Shown here: in pieces, positions 24,906 through 36,917 of the stretch | Layout of the letters: the number at the start of each line of letters is the position of its first letter | Position numbering within the stretch: position 1 is the first letter of the stretch | Assembly (NCBI GenBank): GCA_951804945.1 | Contig: OX638160.1 | Coordinates: 40,176,001-40,240,000, forward strand | Source: Podarcis cretensis | Taxonomy: Eukaryota | DNA: 64,000 bases | Direction: 5' to 3' | Made by a program: the position numbers and the translations under genes | Notes under the pieces: model-generated | Told to the model about the DNA's origin: nothing | Database searches by the model: none | What the model saw: only the letters and a program-made list of their open reading frames with translations

Positions 24906-25711
24906 TTTAGAGTTGTATATTTAATTGGTGTCTCTCTGCTGGCAGATAATTCTTTGATCCTTCATCACCTTCTTTTTACCCAAAGACGGGTAGAACCAAT
25001 CTCCAGTGATTCCTCCTCTGCCCTGTACTCCCACAAATCTTCTATAGAGAGTTGCGGGGGGGGGGGGGCTCTTTGGGACAGCACAGAAAGTGGTATGTGG
25101 GGGGGGGGGGGAACGAGTCCCAAAGGTCCATCAGCTGGGAGACAGCAGTTAGATACTGCCTGGCACAATTTCTTCAATATACCAAATTGTGTCTGAGGTT
25201 CTCAAAGAGCAAAGCAGTTCTAGACCACCAGATCCAAGAGAAACAAAAAAACAGCATATGCTGGAACAACCTTTCCCTGCTTATGTATTTTTTAAAAGTG
25301 AAATATGAATTAAGGTCAATTCTTAAATGATGCTGCAACTCTGCTTTGAGGTCTAATGTCAAAATCTTTTAAACATTTTCCTCATACTTCTCTGCAATGA
25401 GGACAATGTAAAACTTGTCCTGTTCAAAGTGTTGGCTGTGACCTCTCAAGCCTTGAATGTCTCAGGACCACAATAACTCAAGGACTGCCTCTTTCCATAT
25501 GAACCTACTCAGACCATGAGATCATCTTCTGAGGCCCTTCTTCGTGTGCCTCCTCCATGAGAGGTCCGGAGGATGGCAACACGAGAACGGGCCTTTTCCG
25601 CAGTGGCTCCCTGCTTGTGGAAAGCTCTCACCAGAGAGGCTCACCTGGTGCCTTCATTATATGCCTTTAGGCGCCAGGCAAAAACGTTCCTCTTTAACCA
25701 GGCCTTTGACT

Positions 25712-25850
25712 TTGACAGGCCTTCTGAAGAAGTGTGCATGCACACGAAAGCTTATACCCAGAACAAACTTAGTTGGTTTCTAAGGTGCTACTGGACATTT
25801 TTTAAAAAAAATTCCGACTGCGTCAGATTAACACGGCTACCTACCTGAAT
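25712..25850 (+). mobile_element. Penelope-like element terminal fragment with minimal hammerhead core
   Basis: 14-bp TSD CCAGGCCTTTGACT (25698-25711, 25851-25864). CTGAAGA, stem GTGTG/CACAC and GAAA at 25724-25749. The ttagttggtttctaaggtgctac motif also occurs inverted near 44557-44590. Confidence 0.75.
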
Positions 25851-25995
25851 CCAGGCCTTTGACTGATTGACATCTAAGGCCCTTTTAAAATGTGTTGGGG
25901 AAGTGGGTGCTATGAGGTTGTTTTTGCTTTTATTTTTATTATGTATTTTGTGTTTATATATTTTGATTTTGATATTGTGATTTTTATGTTGTAAC

Positions 25996-26360
25996 TGTTG
26001 GATGGTCACTTTAAAATGTGAAGGTTCATTATTGCTTCACAAGTTGTGTATGTCTTTAAGGGCCAGGGCAAGTAACGAGACCCAGTTTTACAGCTGTGAA
26101 ACATAGCGGGTGCTGCTGAGTTGTGTTAATCAAGCTGTGTCAGCAATTGGGTATAGTATATAAGGAGCAGCACCTAGCTCTCCCATTACCCTGGGGGATG
26201 GGTTGGTGGTTGGGTCTGGTTTGTTGTTGATGTATTTAGTGTATAAGGAGTTTTTGTTTTTGTTATTAAAACCTTGTTTAAGTTATTTTTGAGTCCCTTT
26301 TTAATGCATGGTCTCCCCAGCAAGCTCTCTGTATTGCTACTAAACTGCAAATAGCCAACA
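25996..26360 (+). mobile_element. solo LTR (365 bp)
   Basis: TGTTGG...CCAACA, 5-bp TSD GTAAC, TATATAA near 26157 and ATTAAA near 26264. Confidence 0.85.
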
Positions 26361-26573
26361 GTAACTGCCCTGAGACCTGCAGGTGTAGGGCAGTATACAA
26401 ATTTAATAAAATAATAATAAATTTAGACTTCCTCTGACATAAACAATTAAACTGGTCCTTTCAGTTGAGATCTATGTGATTTAACTCTAGTTCCTGTCCT
26501 TTCCTTCCACCTTCTAGATAATGCAGTTTCTCTGCATGTTCAGTTCTTTGTACCAGCCCATGTACAAGGATGA

Positions 26574-26656
26574 AGACAGGAGTGCCTGGCGTGCTCTGGT
26601 CCATGGGGTCACGAAGAGTCGGACACGACTAAATGACTAAACAACAACAACAACAA
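26574..26656 (+). mobile_element. short BovB 3' end
   Basis: (CAA)n tail and 15-bp TSD CATGTACAAGGATGA (26559-26573, 26657-26671). Confidence 0.95.
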
Positions 26657-27879
26657 CATGTACAAGGATGACAGAGCAGAGGTGTTGCAAGGTTGGGGAA
26701 ACAGATGTGTCAGACCCAGTGCACAGCTCAGGGAGCATTCATCAGTGCTTCTCCTTGGAGCCTGCCATAGCCCCTTGTGAACTGAACTCTCCTTCAGTTC
26801 TAATAAGCAAGCAACTGTTCTCTGGTGTAAAAATCAATCGCGTCCCATAGGGGTATTAGGTATGCCTGGAAACTGGGAAATGAGCACTCTTAAGTAGCAT
26901 TGTGATGTAACTTGCACACTGGTGTAAGAACTTGGATCTTTTTAATCCAATTATTTGCGTTTAAGGAAGCAAGGCAGTGCCCTTATGTACTATGTATGTA
27001 TCTGTCTGATTTCCCTCATTCATCAAAAGATTAGAGCAGTTGGGAACAGATTAAACAGACAGACAATGTATAACATGCAATTAAAACCCAATTAAACCGC
27101 AACTGATGTGAAGTACCTGAGTAGTCTACCGTATTTACCTGGACTTTAAAAGGCAGCATCTTATTGTGGTTAGAGTGTTGGACCAGAAGTAAGGAGAGTT
27201 GGGTTTAGAAGGGCTGCAGTTCAGCAGTACAGCAACCGCTTTGCATGTAGAAGGTCCCAAATTCAGTTTTCGGAGATCTCCAGGTAGGACCTCTATCTGA
27301 AATATTGTAGAATTAGTTGACGACAACCCTACGTTCCCAGTCAGTCATCAAACTCACTGGGCAACCCTGGGCCAGCCACCGACTCTCAGCCTAAATTACC
27401 TCACACAGCTGTGTGGTTAAAAAGGACTAACAGGAGGAACCTAGTGCTTCTTGGGCAAAAGGCAGGATTTAAATGTAATAAATAAAACAAATGCAGAATA
27501 AAACCCAATTCAAAAATAAAGCATTTACAGCATCCTACATTTGGTACGTCATGCCTTGCCTAAGATAGCAGTCCTATGTACACATCAATGGGAGTAAGTC
27601 CCACTGAACCCAGGGCAGAACTAGACCCCTTCCCTCCACCATAATACTCGTGAGTAAACATGAACAGGATCAGGCTGTCATTGTGGAATGTGAAAGTTGC
27701 AGTTAGTTTATTTTTTAAAAAAATCATTCCCTCTCTAGTTATACTCTGCCTTTTGATCTAGACAGCACTCTTAGTTTATCAAGCAGATGGAAGGCAATTA
27801 TGGGCTTCATCTGTTATAACCAGCAATTTAGAGAGCTTCCTAGTAACTCACCCACATCCGCCAGTCACCATGTGCAGTA

Positions 27880-28276
27880 AAGGTAAAGGTAAAGGTAAAA
27901 AAGGTAAAGGACCGCTGGATGGTTAAGTTCAATCAAAGGCAACTATGGGGTTGCGGTGCCCATCTCGCTTTCAGGCTGAGGGAGCCAGCTTTTGTCCACA
28001 GACAGCTTTCCAGTTCATGTGGCCAGCATGACTAAACTGCTTCTGGCACAACGGAACACTGTGACAGAAGCCAGAGTGCATGGAAATGCCGTTTACGTTC
28101 CCGCTGCAGTGGTACCTATTTATCTACTTGCACTGGTGTGCTTTCAAACTGCTATGTTGGCAGGAGCTGGACAGAGCAACGGAAGCTCACCCCATTGTGG
28201 GGATTTGAACCACTGATCTTCCGATTGGCAAGCCCAAGAGGCTCAGTGGTTTATACCACAGCGCCACTCGTGTCCC
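27880..28276 (-). mobile_element. Sauria SINE, full length (longer subfamily)
   Basis: (AAAGGT)n tail and TSD ccatgtgcagta / ccatatgcagta (11/12). Confidence 0.9.
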
Positions 28277-29538
28277 TACATCCATATGCAGTACCACATA
28301 CGCAACACAGTACAGTAGCCTATCCAGCTTTTGTTTATCCCACTTTTAATCCACCGAGGTCAGGGCACCTTGGGGCCACTCCTTTATATCCCAGCAACAC
28401 GCTTTAGAATAAGCGTGACAACTGAGCAGGGACATGAACTCAAATCCCCGTCACCAAATCCCAGCACGATACACTAGTCTCCTCCAGAGTTTTTGGGCTA
28501 CAACTCCCATCAGCTCCAGCCAGCAGGGCTAATGGTCACAGACGATGGGAGGGCACCAGTTTGTAGCAGGTTACGATAATTGCCCTTCCGGCATCTTTTC
28601 ACCTTCAGTGGTGGTTAGGTGAGCTCACTGTAGGCTCTGATGGTATTTCACCCCATCCCCCCCTTTAGATGCTTATATCTATTACGTCGCTTACTTTCAA
28701 CAGTTGGAAACCAACTTTGGGGCACTCTCCTATTCATTCTTCTGAATTAAGCCCCAGACTCCTGCCCCACGTCCTTCCACATTGACACCACTGCCATCCT
28801 TGGTGGTTGGGTGTGTGGACAGAACATCTAATGCATGTACAACAGCACAAGGGAGTGTCATTATTTTTAAGACAATCTATTGAGGTAATGTTCTGGTAAG
28901 TCTAGTTAAATCAGAAAGAGTTTATTCTTGGTTATTGGTTCCATCGAGACGACATACTTCATTTTTGATATAGTTCTGCCCAGCTCTCCAGATGCATAAT
29001 GTCTATAAGCGTGTATTATGTCTTCTTGTGCTTCTCTGTACATTAATAAATCCACCAGCAGCGAAATACTTGTTCATCACGAACAGCAGCAATAATAGCA
29101 AAATCGCAGGAACAGAAAAGAAATCAAGTGCTGTTATAAATCTCATGACTGGATGGGTCCAGCAAGAGTTTAATAATCAGTTACATTCCCCAGGACCTGT
29201 TCATTCGTGCCTTTGCCTGGTAAAAAAATTATTGAAACACTTTTTACTCGCAGATAAAGCATTTCTTCCTTGATCAAATGGGAGATAATAACAGTCTTAT
29301 TGACTCAAACCAGTCAGTGGGGTTTTAGCATTTTGCTGTTTTTGCTGTCTGGCTCCTTCATCCAGACTTCGTCGTGTGTTAGTGGGCCTCTAAAATTGTG
29401 CTGGCTACAAAATGAATGTGTCCTGAGACAGAGACTCTTATGCACAGACACGTGTGAGAAGGTGCTGTGATTTGTGAATGGCTGTTACTGATTTAGAATG
29501 CAGAATAGTACGGGTGAAAAGCCATTTTTGCACAGAGA

Positions 29539-29787
29539 GTGCAAGTAGATAAATAGGTACCGCTCCGGCAGGAAGGTAAACGGTGTTCCCGTGCGCTGCT
29601 CTGGTTCACCAGAAGCGGCTTAGTCATGCTGGCCATATGACCTGTCTGTGGACAAACGCCGGCTCCCTTGATCTATAGAGCGAGATGAGCGCCACAATCC
29701 CAGAGTCATCCGCTACTGGACCCAACGGTCAGCGCCACAACCCCAGAGTCGTCCGCTACTGGACCCAATGGTACCTTTACCCTTTAC
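29539..29787 (+). mobile_element. Sauria SINE, 5'-truncated, with internal 43-bp tandem duplication
   Basis: gtgcaagtagataaataggtacc core. agcgccacaa...ggacccaa is present twice before the tail. Confidence 0.85.
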
Positions 29788-30042
29788 ACACGTTCTGCAT
29801 CCCAAGACAAATGGAAAAAAACTATCTCTGCATGATGTAGGGTCAACAGAGGATGCCATGGATAGTGTTAAGCCTAATTTGTGTCCTGCATTAGATCTGT
29901 ATGGGTAGGTCAGCTTACCAGTTGTGCATAACAAAGTGGTAGGGTCTCAACAACAGGAATTAAAGAAGCTTAAAATATATTGGTAGACCTGATTATGAAA
30001 CCGATTCTTCCTCCACTGTCGAATAATAAGTAGGGCAGCCAC

Positions 30043-30480
30043 CAGGGATGGGAGAGAACCTTGATTCAGTTTCCATTTAAAAGCAAACAGACTAAGTTTA
30101 CATTTTCCAAAACAGTGCGCAAACCAAGGTACCTTTGGGAATTTGCAGTCACCTGAATTTTACAGTGCAGTTCTCCAACCATACGATGTTTACAAAAATG
30201 CATACATTTGGGGGAAGTGTGCATAGAATGGAATATATTAGTGAAAATAACATATACCGTAAGAATGTATTATATTAGGGGAAATTGGTTGCAAAAAGTG
30301 TGTGCATTCATTAAAACTGTGTCTTGTAGAAGAAATTTGCACTAAAATGCTGATGAATTTTCATGAGGATTAAAAAAAAATAAAGAAATCACAAATTGCA
30401 GCAGAAATGTGGGGAACGGAATTTAAGATGGGGGAAATGAGAAACTGAGGAAACCAAAATTGACAGATTTGTCAATCTTA
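30043..30480. repeat. old interspersed repeat (probable non-autonomous DNA transposon)
   Basis: Similar degenerate copies at about 8285-8715 (inverted), 23740-23945, 43648-43880 and 49170-49560. Class not determined. Confidence 0.55.
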
Positions 30481-31189
30481 GTGGCCTTAGCTACTAGTGG
30501 TTGCTTAGTGGCCACTTACACATTGCCAAAAATGAGGAAGGAATAAAAAAAGGGATAAAAATAGGATACAAATTTCTGTAAAACTGCATATAATTTAGAA
30601 ATAATTATTGTATTTTATTTCTGTTTAAATTATATCCCACCCTGCTATGAAAGACTGTAATCAGATGACCCATGAGTCTGCTTAATCTGTTGTCCTGGTG
30701 CTCTTCAAGGCTCCTGCTTCTTCCAAGACTTGAAAACCCACACAAAATGCCTCTTTTAAGCTTCAGTTTATTGGCCCACATCCACTGCCTTCAAGCAATG
30801 GTCTCAACAACCTCCCCCAGTTTAGGTGGAACAGTGCTGGGTGCCATCTGCACATAGATGACACCTCATTCCAAATCTCCTGATGATAGCTCCCAGTTTT
30901 CATATAGATTTTATGAGGGACAAGATGGAATCCTGCAGGACACCACAGAAAAGCTCTCACGGTATTGAACGGTGCCTCCTATAACTACTTTCTGGAAATA
31001 GCCTGGAAGTAGGAGTGGAATCACAATGCCCACAACCCCCACACCCCTAAGAAGATGCTGAAGGTTCAGCAGTATCAAAAGACATCAAGAGATGAAGGAG
31101 ATAAAATGATCAAGGAGAACAAGCAGGGTTGCACTCCCCACATCTCTCACCCCACAAATATCCCCACATCTCTCACCCCACAAATATTA

Positions 31190-31950
31190 CAGTGACCAAG
31201 ACAGTTTCAGTGCCATGGTCAGGTCTGAAGCCAGACTCAGTTTTCTTCAAGCATGACTGAAGTTGGTCACTACCCTATCATGCACAAGGGGATATTCCTC
31301 ACTGGGGAATAGTCGTTTAACCCTTCTGGGTCCAGGGAAGTCCTCTTAAGGAGTAGACACACCTCCTTCAAGGCAGGTGGTACTTTGCCCTCCTCCAGTG
31401 AAGCATCAATGGACTCATATTGTCGACACCCTATGGCTAGCTCCAAGAAGTCAGGATGGGCGAGCATCAAGGTGGGCAGGTGGTTGGCTGCATTTCTTGA
31501 AGCTGGTTGTCCACATTCACAGGCTGCAATAATTGAAAATGATCCAATATGGATGGGACAGTGCTCTGGACACTTGCATTGAACTTGGACTAATTGTGGC
31601 ATCCAACTTCATACACATCAGAGTAATTTTGCCCCTAAAGTGCTCCACAAAATAGTTGCAGTAGGCTTTTAAGGATGTTAAAGCAATGAACTCTTGGCCA
31701 GGTGACAAAAGCCCATTCACCACTTGGAAAAGCTTGCCAGATGTCTACTTGCAGCTCCAATGGTAGTGGAGAAGTAAACTTTATTTGCTGCCACCACCGC
31801 AGCAATGCAACTTCATCCATGTTCAGTCAGGTTTGGATAAAGATTTACAATACTTGCACTCTAGCATCTGATTCTCCTGTTTCATCATACACAGTTCACT
31901 AGAGTACCAAGATGACTGTGTGCTCCACAGCGACGTTGAAGGCACTGAGG
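31190..31950 (-). mobile_element. degenerate L2 ORF2 internal fragment
   Basis: ASLEEGKVPPALKEVCLLLKRTSLDPEGLNDYSPVRNIP resembles the pre-RT motif SLxxGxVPxxLK...LDPxxLxNYRPISNLP. Confidence 0.75.
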
Positions 31951-31982
31951 AACAATTGTGTCAATAGCTCTATAAAGGTAAA

Positions 31983-32360
31983 GGTGGTGCTGTGGTCTAA
32001 ACCACTGATCCTCTTGGGTTTGCTGATCGTAAGGTTGGCGGTTCAAATCCGTGCGACGGGGTGAACTTCCATTTCTCTGTTCCAGCTTCTGCCAACCTAG
32101 CAGTTCAAAAGCATACCAGTGCAAGTAGATAAATAGGTACCACTGTGGCAGGAAGGTAAATGGCCTTTCTGTGCACTCTGGCACTCGTCACAGTGTCCCG
32201 TTGTGCCAGAAGCGGTTTAGTCATGCTGGCCACATGACCCGGAAAGCTGTCTGTGGACAAACGCCAGCTCCTTCGGCCTGAAGCGAGATAAGTGCCGCAT
32301 CCTGTAGTCACCTTTGACTGGACTTAACCATCCAGGGGTCCTTTACTTTATTTTACCTTT
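31983..32360 (+). mobile_element. Sauria SINE
   Basis: Head, core and ACCTTT-like tail. Confidence 0.9.
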
Positions 32361-33613
32361 TGCATCAGCCAGGACTTTGGCTAATTGGTATCCAATACCC
32401 TTTTCAATGTGTTGGGGGGGGGGAGACTATTGGTTTGTTGTTATTTTTTTTATTTTTTTATTTTGTAGTTTTTATATTGAAATTTGACTGAGATCTAGAG
32501 ATGGATGGTAGTATACAAATTTAATAAATAATAACTATCATCTCACAATTCCATAGCAAGTTGAGAGCGTTGATAGGAGTGCCAGCCATGTAAGATAGAA
32601 AAATCCCACAGAACATTCAGGAATTCCTCAGATTCCTAAGTCTCCAAGGGGCAGGCCTTCTCATTGGGTCCCGTACCCCTGTGGAGTGGAGTAGCTACTC
32701 CTTCATTTTTTAAAATTAAATTGCCCTTCAGATATTATCAGTTGCACATGATATTGTTAAAGTGCATCTGGAAAACAAATATTGTTACACAGAACTGAAT
32801 CCCATGCATTCACAGATCCCAAACGTGCAGCTGGATAAGTTGCTAATTAGTTCTGTGCCATGATCCAAGGTGTTGGCATTAATTATAAAGCCCCGCACAA
32901 CTTTGGTCTTTAGTTACCTGCAAGGCTGCCTCTGGAGGGGATTGAATTAGCAGCTTCCTGCTTTTAGTCATGAGAAAAAAATGATGTCTGTGGACCTTTC
33001 GAGGGGCAAAATGCACCTGAAGACTCAGTAATCACTCAGTGGTCAGCTTTTTTTTTTTTTAGATGATCCATTATTTTCATCTAGTCTTAAAGCTTCTAAT
33101 CGAACCTCTCCATTTCTACCCTCCCCAGTTTCTCTGTCTTTAAAGCTTAGATATATGATGATCAGGAATAAGGACATCTGTCTGGAGGTGCTCCATTTAT
33201 ATTATTTATATACTGCCAACTCATATAAAATCTCAAGGTGGTATATCTTACTATATAATAAAAATTTGAGAGTGTCATCAGACTGCAGTTCCCTTGGATG
33301 CTATCAGGGCGTCATTCGCTTCTTCATCCTCAACCCCTGCTGTTACTGTGGGGAAAAAGAGAAAAAAAGCCTGCATTTTAAAGACCGCAAAATTTCTGCT
33401 GGAAGAATATTCTACAGCAAGGAGCTATTATTGGTGGCACCAACTACCCAATTTCTAGTTGAAGCCTGTCACACTTCTGTAACACGAAGTACAATTATTA
33501 ATAAATTAATTAAATTTGTATGCCACACTTCATCTGAAAATCGCAGGGCGTTTCACAACATAATCACAACCAGCTTGGACAAAAGGCTTCAAGTAGTCCT
33601 TAAGGTATTATCT

Positions 33614-33662
<49 letters not shown>

Positions 33663-33820
33663 GATTTATATCCCACCCATCTGGCTGGGTTTCCCTAGCC
33701 ACTCTCCCAACAGAATATTATTAATAATAAAAAAAGATAAAAAATCAAACATTAAACACTTCCCTAAACAGGGCTGCCTTCAGGTGTCTTCTAAAAGTCA
33801 GATAGTTGTTTATTTCCTTG
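33614..33820 (-). mobile_element. L2 3' UTR fragment with (GTT)n tail
   Basis: Matches 10337-10540. Confidence 0.8.
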
Positions 33821-33863
33821 TACCTCCTCCCAGTACCAGTACCTCCTCCCACCAGTACCTAAG

Positions 33864-34300
33864 TGTCAGGGAACTGCCATCGGAGCCAAGGGTGGTGGTA
33901 AGGCTCCCCGATGACCCTGGAGAGGGAACCAGCAAGGAGAGAGGGAGAGCTTCCGCTGGGGAAGGAAATAGACGTTACACCAGGGAGGAAGGGGAGGCTG
34001 AGGGAGCTTCGGAGGGAAGGCTCCGGGACTGTTCCAGCGAGACCAGCGGGGAGAGCACAGGACCTCCCCTTGGGACGCCCACTCTGCGCAGAAAGCTTCC
34101 GCGCAGGGAAGCTAGGCGGCGACTTGGTGTCAAGGAACTTTTATGTTGGAGGAAATTCAGGAAACACCCATTGACGGATTCTGCCAGTGATTGAGGCAGT
34201 CACGGAATACTGACTGTCCAGTCAGGGGAAAGTTTTAACCAAACTACTCCGCTTGGAGCAGTTTGCCCCTTACGCACAAGCAACCCCAAACCCCATTACA
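33864..34300 (+). mobile_element. solo LTR (437 bp, Ty3/Gypsy-like) containing a 109-codon open frame
   Basis: TGTCA...TTACA and 5-bp TSD CTAAG (33859-33863, 34301-34305). Confidence 0.85.
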
Positions 34301-35125
34301 CTAAGTATGTCACTTTCAGTTGCTATTTTGCTTAGAAAGATGGGATATAAATTCTGGTATAAATAAATAATACTCATTTATATAAGCATGACTCATAAGT
34401 GGAGACGTCAAAGCTCTTGAACCTGATGTACTCTTCTGATAAGTGTTCTCAGCGAAATGCCTGAACTATTTGGTTATTTGTCATTTACTTTGTATCTTAG
34501 TTGCATTTGAATCTGTCTACATAAAAATCATTGAAGATGAAATGGGTGGAAGGAAGCATCTTGGACTTGGGAATGGCCAGCAGAATCTGCTAAACAGCTT
34601 TTATAAGAAATAGAACAATTTACTCACGACTGAAGGAAGACGATTCACTGTGCAGAGGCCTCATTAATCTATAGGCTTATGAGTATTTGAGGTGTGCTGG
34701 TTTGTAACTTTATTGGAATAGGATATATCAGTTTCATGTTGTTCTAGGCTGAATCCTTTATCTTGAACATCCAGGACAATATACACAACCCGTTTAAATA
34801 GAGGTCAAATGCTACATTACATTCTTTTTAGGATTTTTTCTCTTTTGAAACCCTTTCCTATCTGCAATCAGTCACATAATGTTTAGGCAGCAATGAATAA
34901 AAGGTATGTACAGTAGCTCGTGGTGAGTCATGCATGATGGCTTTCATTTGTTTCATGCTCCAAAAAATTCAGTATTAATAATAAAATCTGTTTCCCTTTT
35001 TAGCTATTTTAGTTACATAACATAAGACATTTTCTCTCCTAAAATATTGCTTGAAATCCACATATGCCAGTAAAAACTTTACCAAATAATGAAATGGCAG
35101 CAGCTGGATTTTGAAACATCTCCCC

Positions 35126-35127
<2 letters not shown>

Positions 35128-35168
<41 letters not shown>
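35128..35168. repeat. (CA)n microsatellite
   Basis: Directly visible. Confidence 0.95.
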
Positions 35169-35170
<2 letters not shown>

Positions 35171-35827
35171 AATTAAGGAATCATAGTGAAGAAAATGCAC
35201 AACAGCCATAATGGTGGGACTTGAGTGATAGCCTGAAAAGGATAGAATGCAATGCTCCATGAACATATGGAGCCATGGAAGGGGGAAAAAAAGGTATTCT
35301 AAGAGATTAATGGAAGATTTCCCTTATTTTAAATGATACCTTATTATTGCCCTTTTCTTCAAAATATGTCAGCTCTGTACAATATTATTGGTGTCCCTTA
35401 ATTCAGAGCACTATATTGCTGTATTGACTAGAATAAATGCCAGATATCTAGAGTGCCCCATATTTTTAAACTTTGACTTGGCAAATCTATAGTGTGATTG
35501 AACTAACTGAACATTAGTGGCATGTTTTTTTTTAATGGCTGATGAGCCCTGAGAGCCTCAGAGATAGTCTGTCCAGTCTGAATTAACACTCGGACATATG
35601 GATTCTCATCTGAACCATCTGGGTCTACAAAACCAGCTGGAAACTCTGCCTGAATGCCATAGGCAATATTTTTGTTTCAATTTGTGGTTCAAATTAAGCT
35701 GTAAATAAATTGTAAGAAGTCAGAAGGTCAAGAAGTATAGTAGCGCAGGATGGAAAAGATCAATAATATTGCTGTTTCTCATAACACTTCTGTTTCTAAC
35801 GAACAGGAACAATCTACCATCAATATA

Positions 35828-35890
35828 ATAGAATCATAGAATTGTAAAGTTGTAAGGGACCTCAAGGGTCATCTAGTCCAACCCCCTGCC
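35828..35890 (-). mobile_element. CR1-type 3' tail fragment
   Basis: tagaatcatagaattgta...catctagtccaacccc. Confidence 0.75.
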
Positions 35891-36072
35891 TACCTAAGAC
35901 ACTATGCTCAAAAAGAAAAGAAAATATCAGCAATAGTACTTTAGTGATACTAGATGCCTCCAAATCATCTATGGAGTGGGGAACAATTTTGGAAACAGGC
36001 CTTCGGAAGCATCCCTGAGGAAATCTTTGTATCCAAAAATGGTGTGATCTTTTGGTGCACACTTTCTGAGTA

Positions 36073-36298
36073 CGGTGGTACCTCTGGTTATGAACTTAAT
36101 TTGTTCCAGAGGTCCGTTCTTAACCTGAAACCATTCTTAACCTGAGGTACCACTTTAGCTAATGGGGCCTCCTGCTGCCGCCACGCAGCCGCCACATGAT
36201 TTCTGTTCTCATCCTGAGGTAAAGTTCTTAACCTGAGGTACTACTTCTGGGTTAGCGGAGTCTGTAACCTGAAGTGGTTGTAACCCGAGGTACCACTG
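36073..36298. mobile_element. Tc1/pogo-like MITE, family A
   Basis: TA-CGGTGGTACCTC...GAGGTACCACTG-TA. Confidence 0.9.
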
Positions 36299-36904
36299 TA
36301 CAAATTTGCCTTGCCCATTAGTATCACTGGCTCTGCTCTGAGGATGACTAGCATGGGATGCAACCCACAAACCGCAACATCTCCAGGAAGGCTGACCTGA
36401 GCAAGACTCCATTTTGAAATCATGGAGAGAGCTGCTGCCATTCAGGGTAGACAATACTATGAGCTGTATGGACCAATGATCTGTCTCATCTTCCTTTGTT
36501 CCTTTGTTGGGTTCCTTTGTTCATTCACAGAATGGAGTAGGAGAGCTGGTCTGCACAACTCTGCTGTGGTGTCCCTGACAGACCCCTGAACGGTTTCAAA
36601 CCCTGAACATGCCTCACTCTCTTCCTCCACGTGATTGTTTATTGTGTGAATGAACACCAAGCATGGAACTGAAACTTGACGGCGGTAGCTATTTGGATTC
36701 AACAGCAGTAAACGTTCCAAAGTGTTAACTAAATTCTGTTTGTTCTACTCTTAAGTCTCTTGTGCCCTCATTTTGCAAAGTCCGCCGTGGCAAGTATTGC
36801 ACACCTGCCCTAATGATGATGGGCATTGTGATAGCACAAGAGAACAGGCCTGTTCCTGCAGGTCTTTTAAACTCTTCAGAACTTATGAAGATATTACAGA
36901 ACTT

Positions 36905-36917
36905 GTTGCCTAGCAAC
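36905..36917. promoter_or_regulatory. candidate RFX X-box
   Basis: GTTGCCTAGCAAC fits GTNRCC-N(0-3)-RGYAAC and lies in TE-free DNA. Function is unverified. Confidence 0.4.

Larger units (their letters stand above)
25420..26420 (+). mobile_element. L2 LINE 3' fragment with two nested insertions
   Basis: ORF TRERAFSAVAPCLWKALTREAHLVPSLYAFRRQAKTFLFNQAF. The 3' end gtaactgccctgag...tatacaaatttaataaaataataat resumes after 26360. Confidence 0.85.

Noticed and set aside
33155-33724. 189-aa ORF with poly-Asn
   Set aside because: The poly-N comes from the microsatellite tail of an L2 fragment, and no domain is recognisable.
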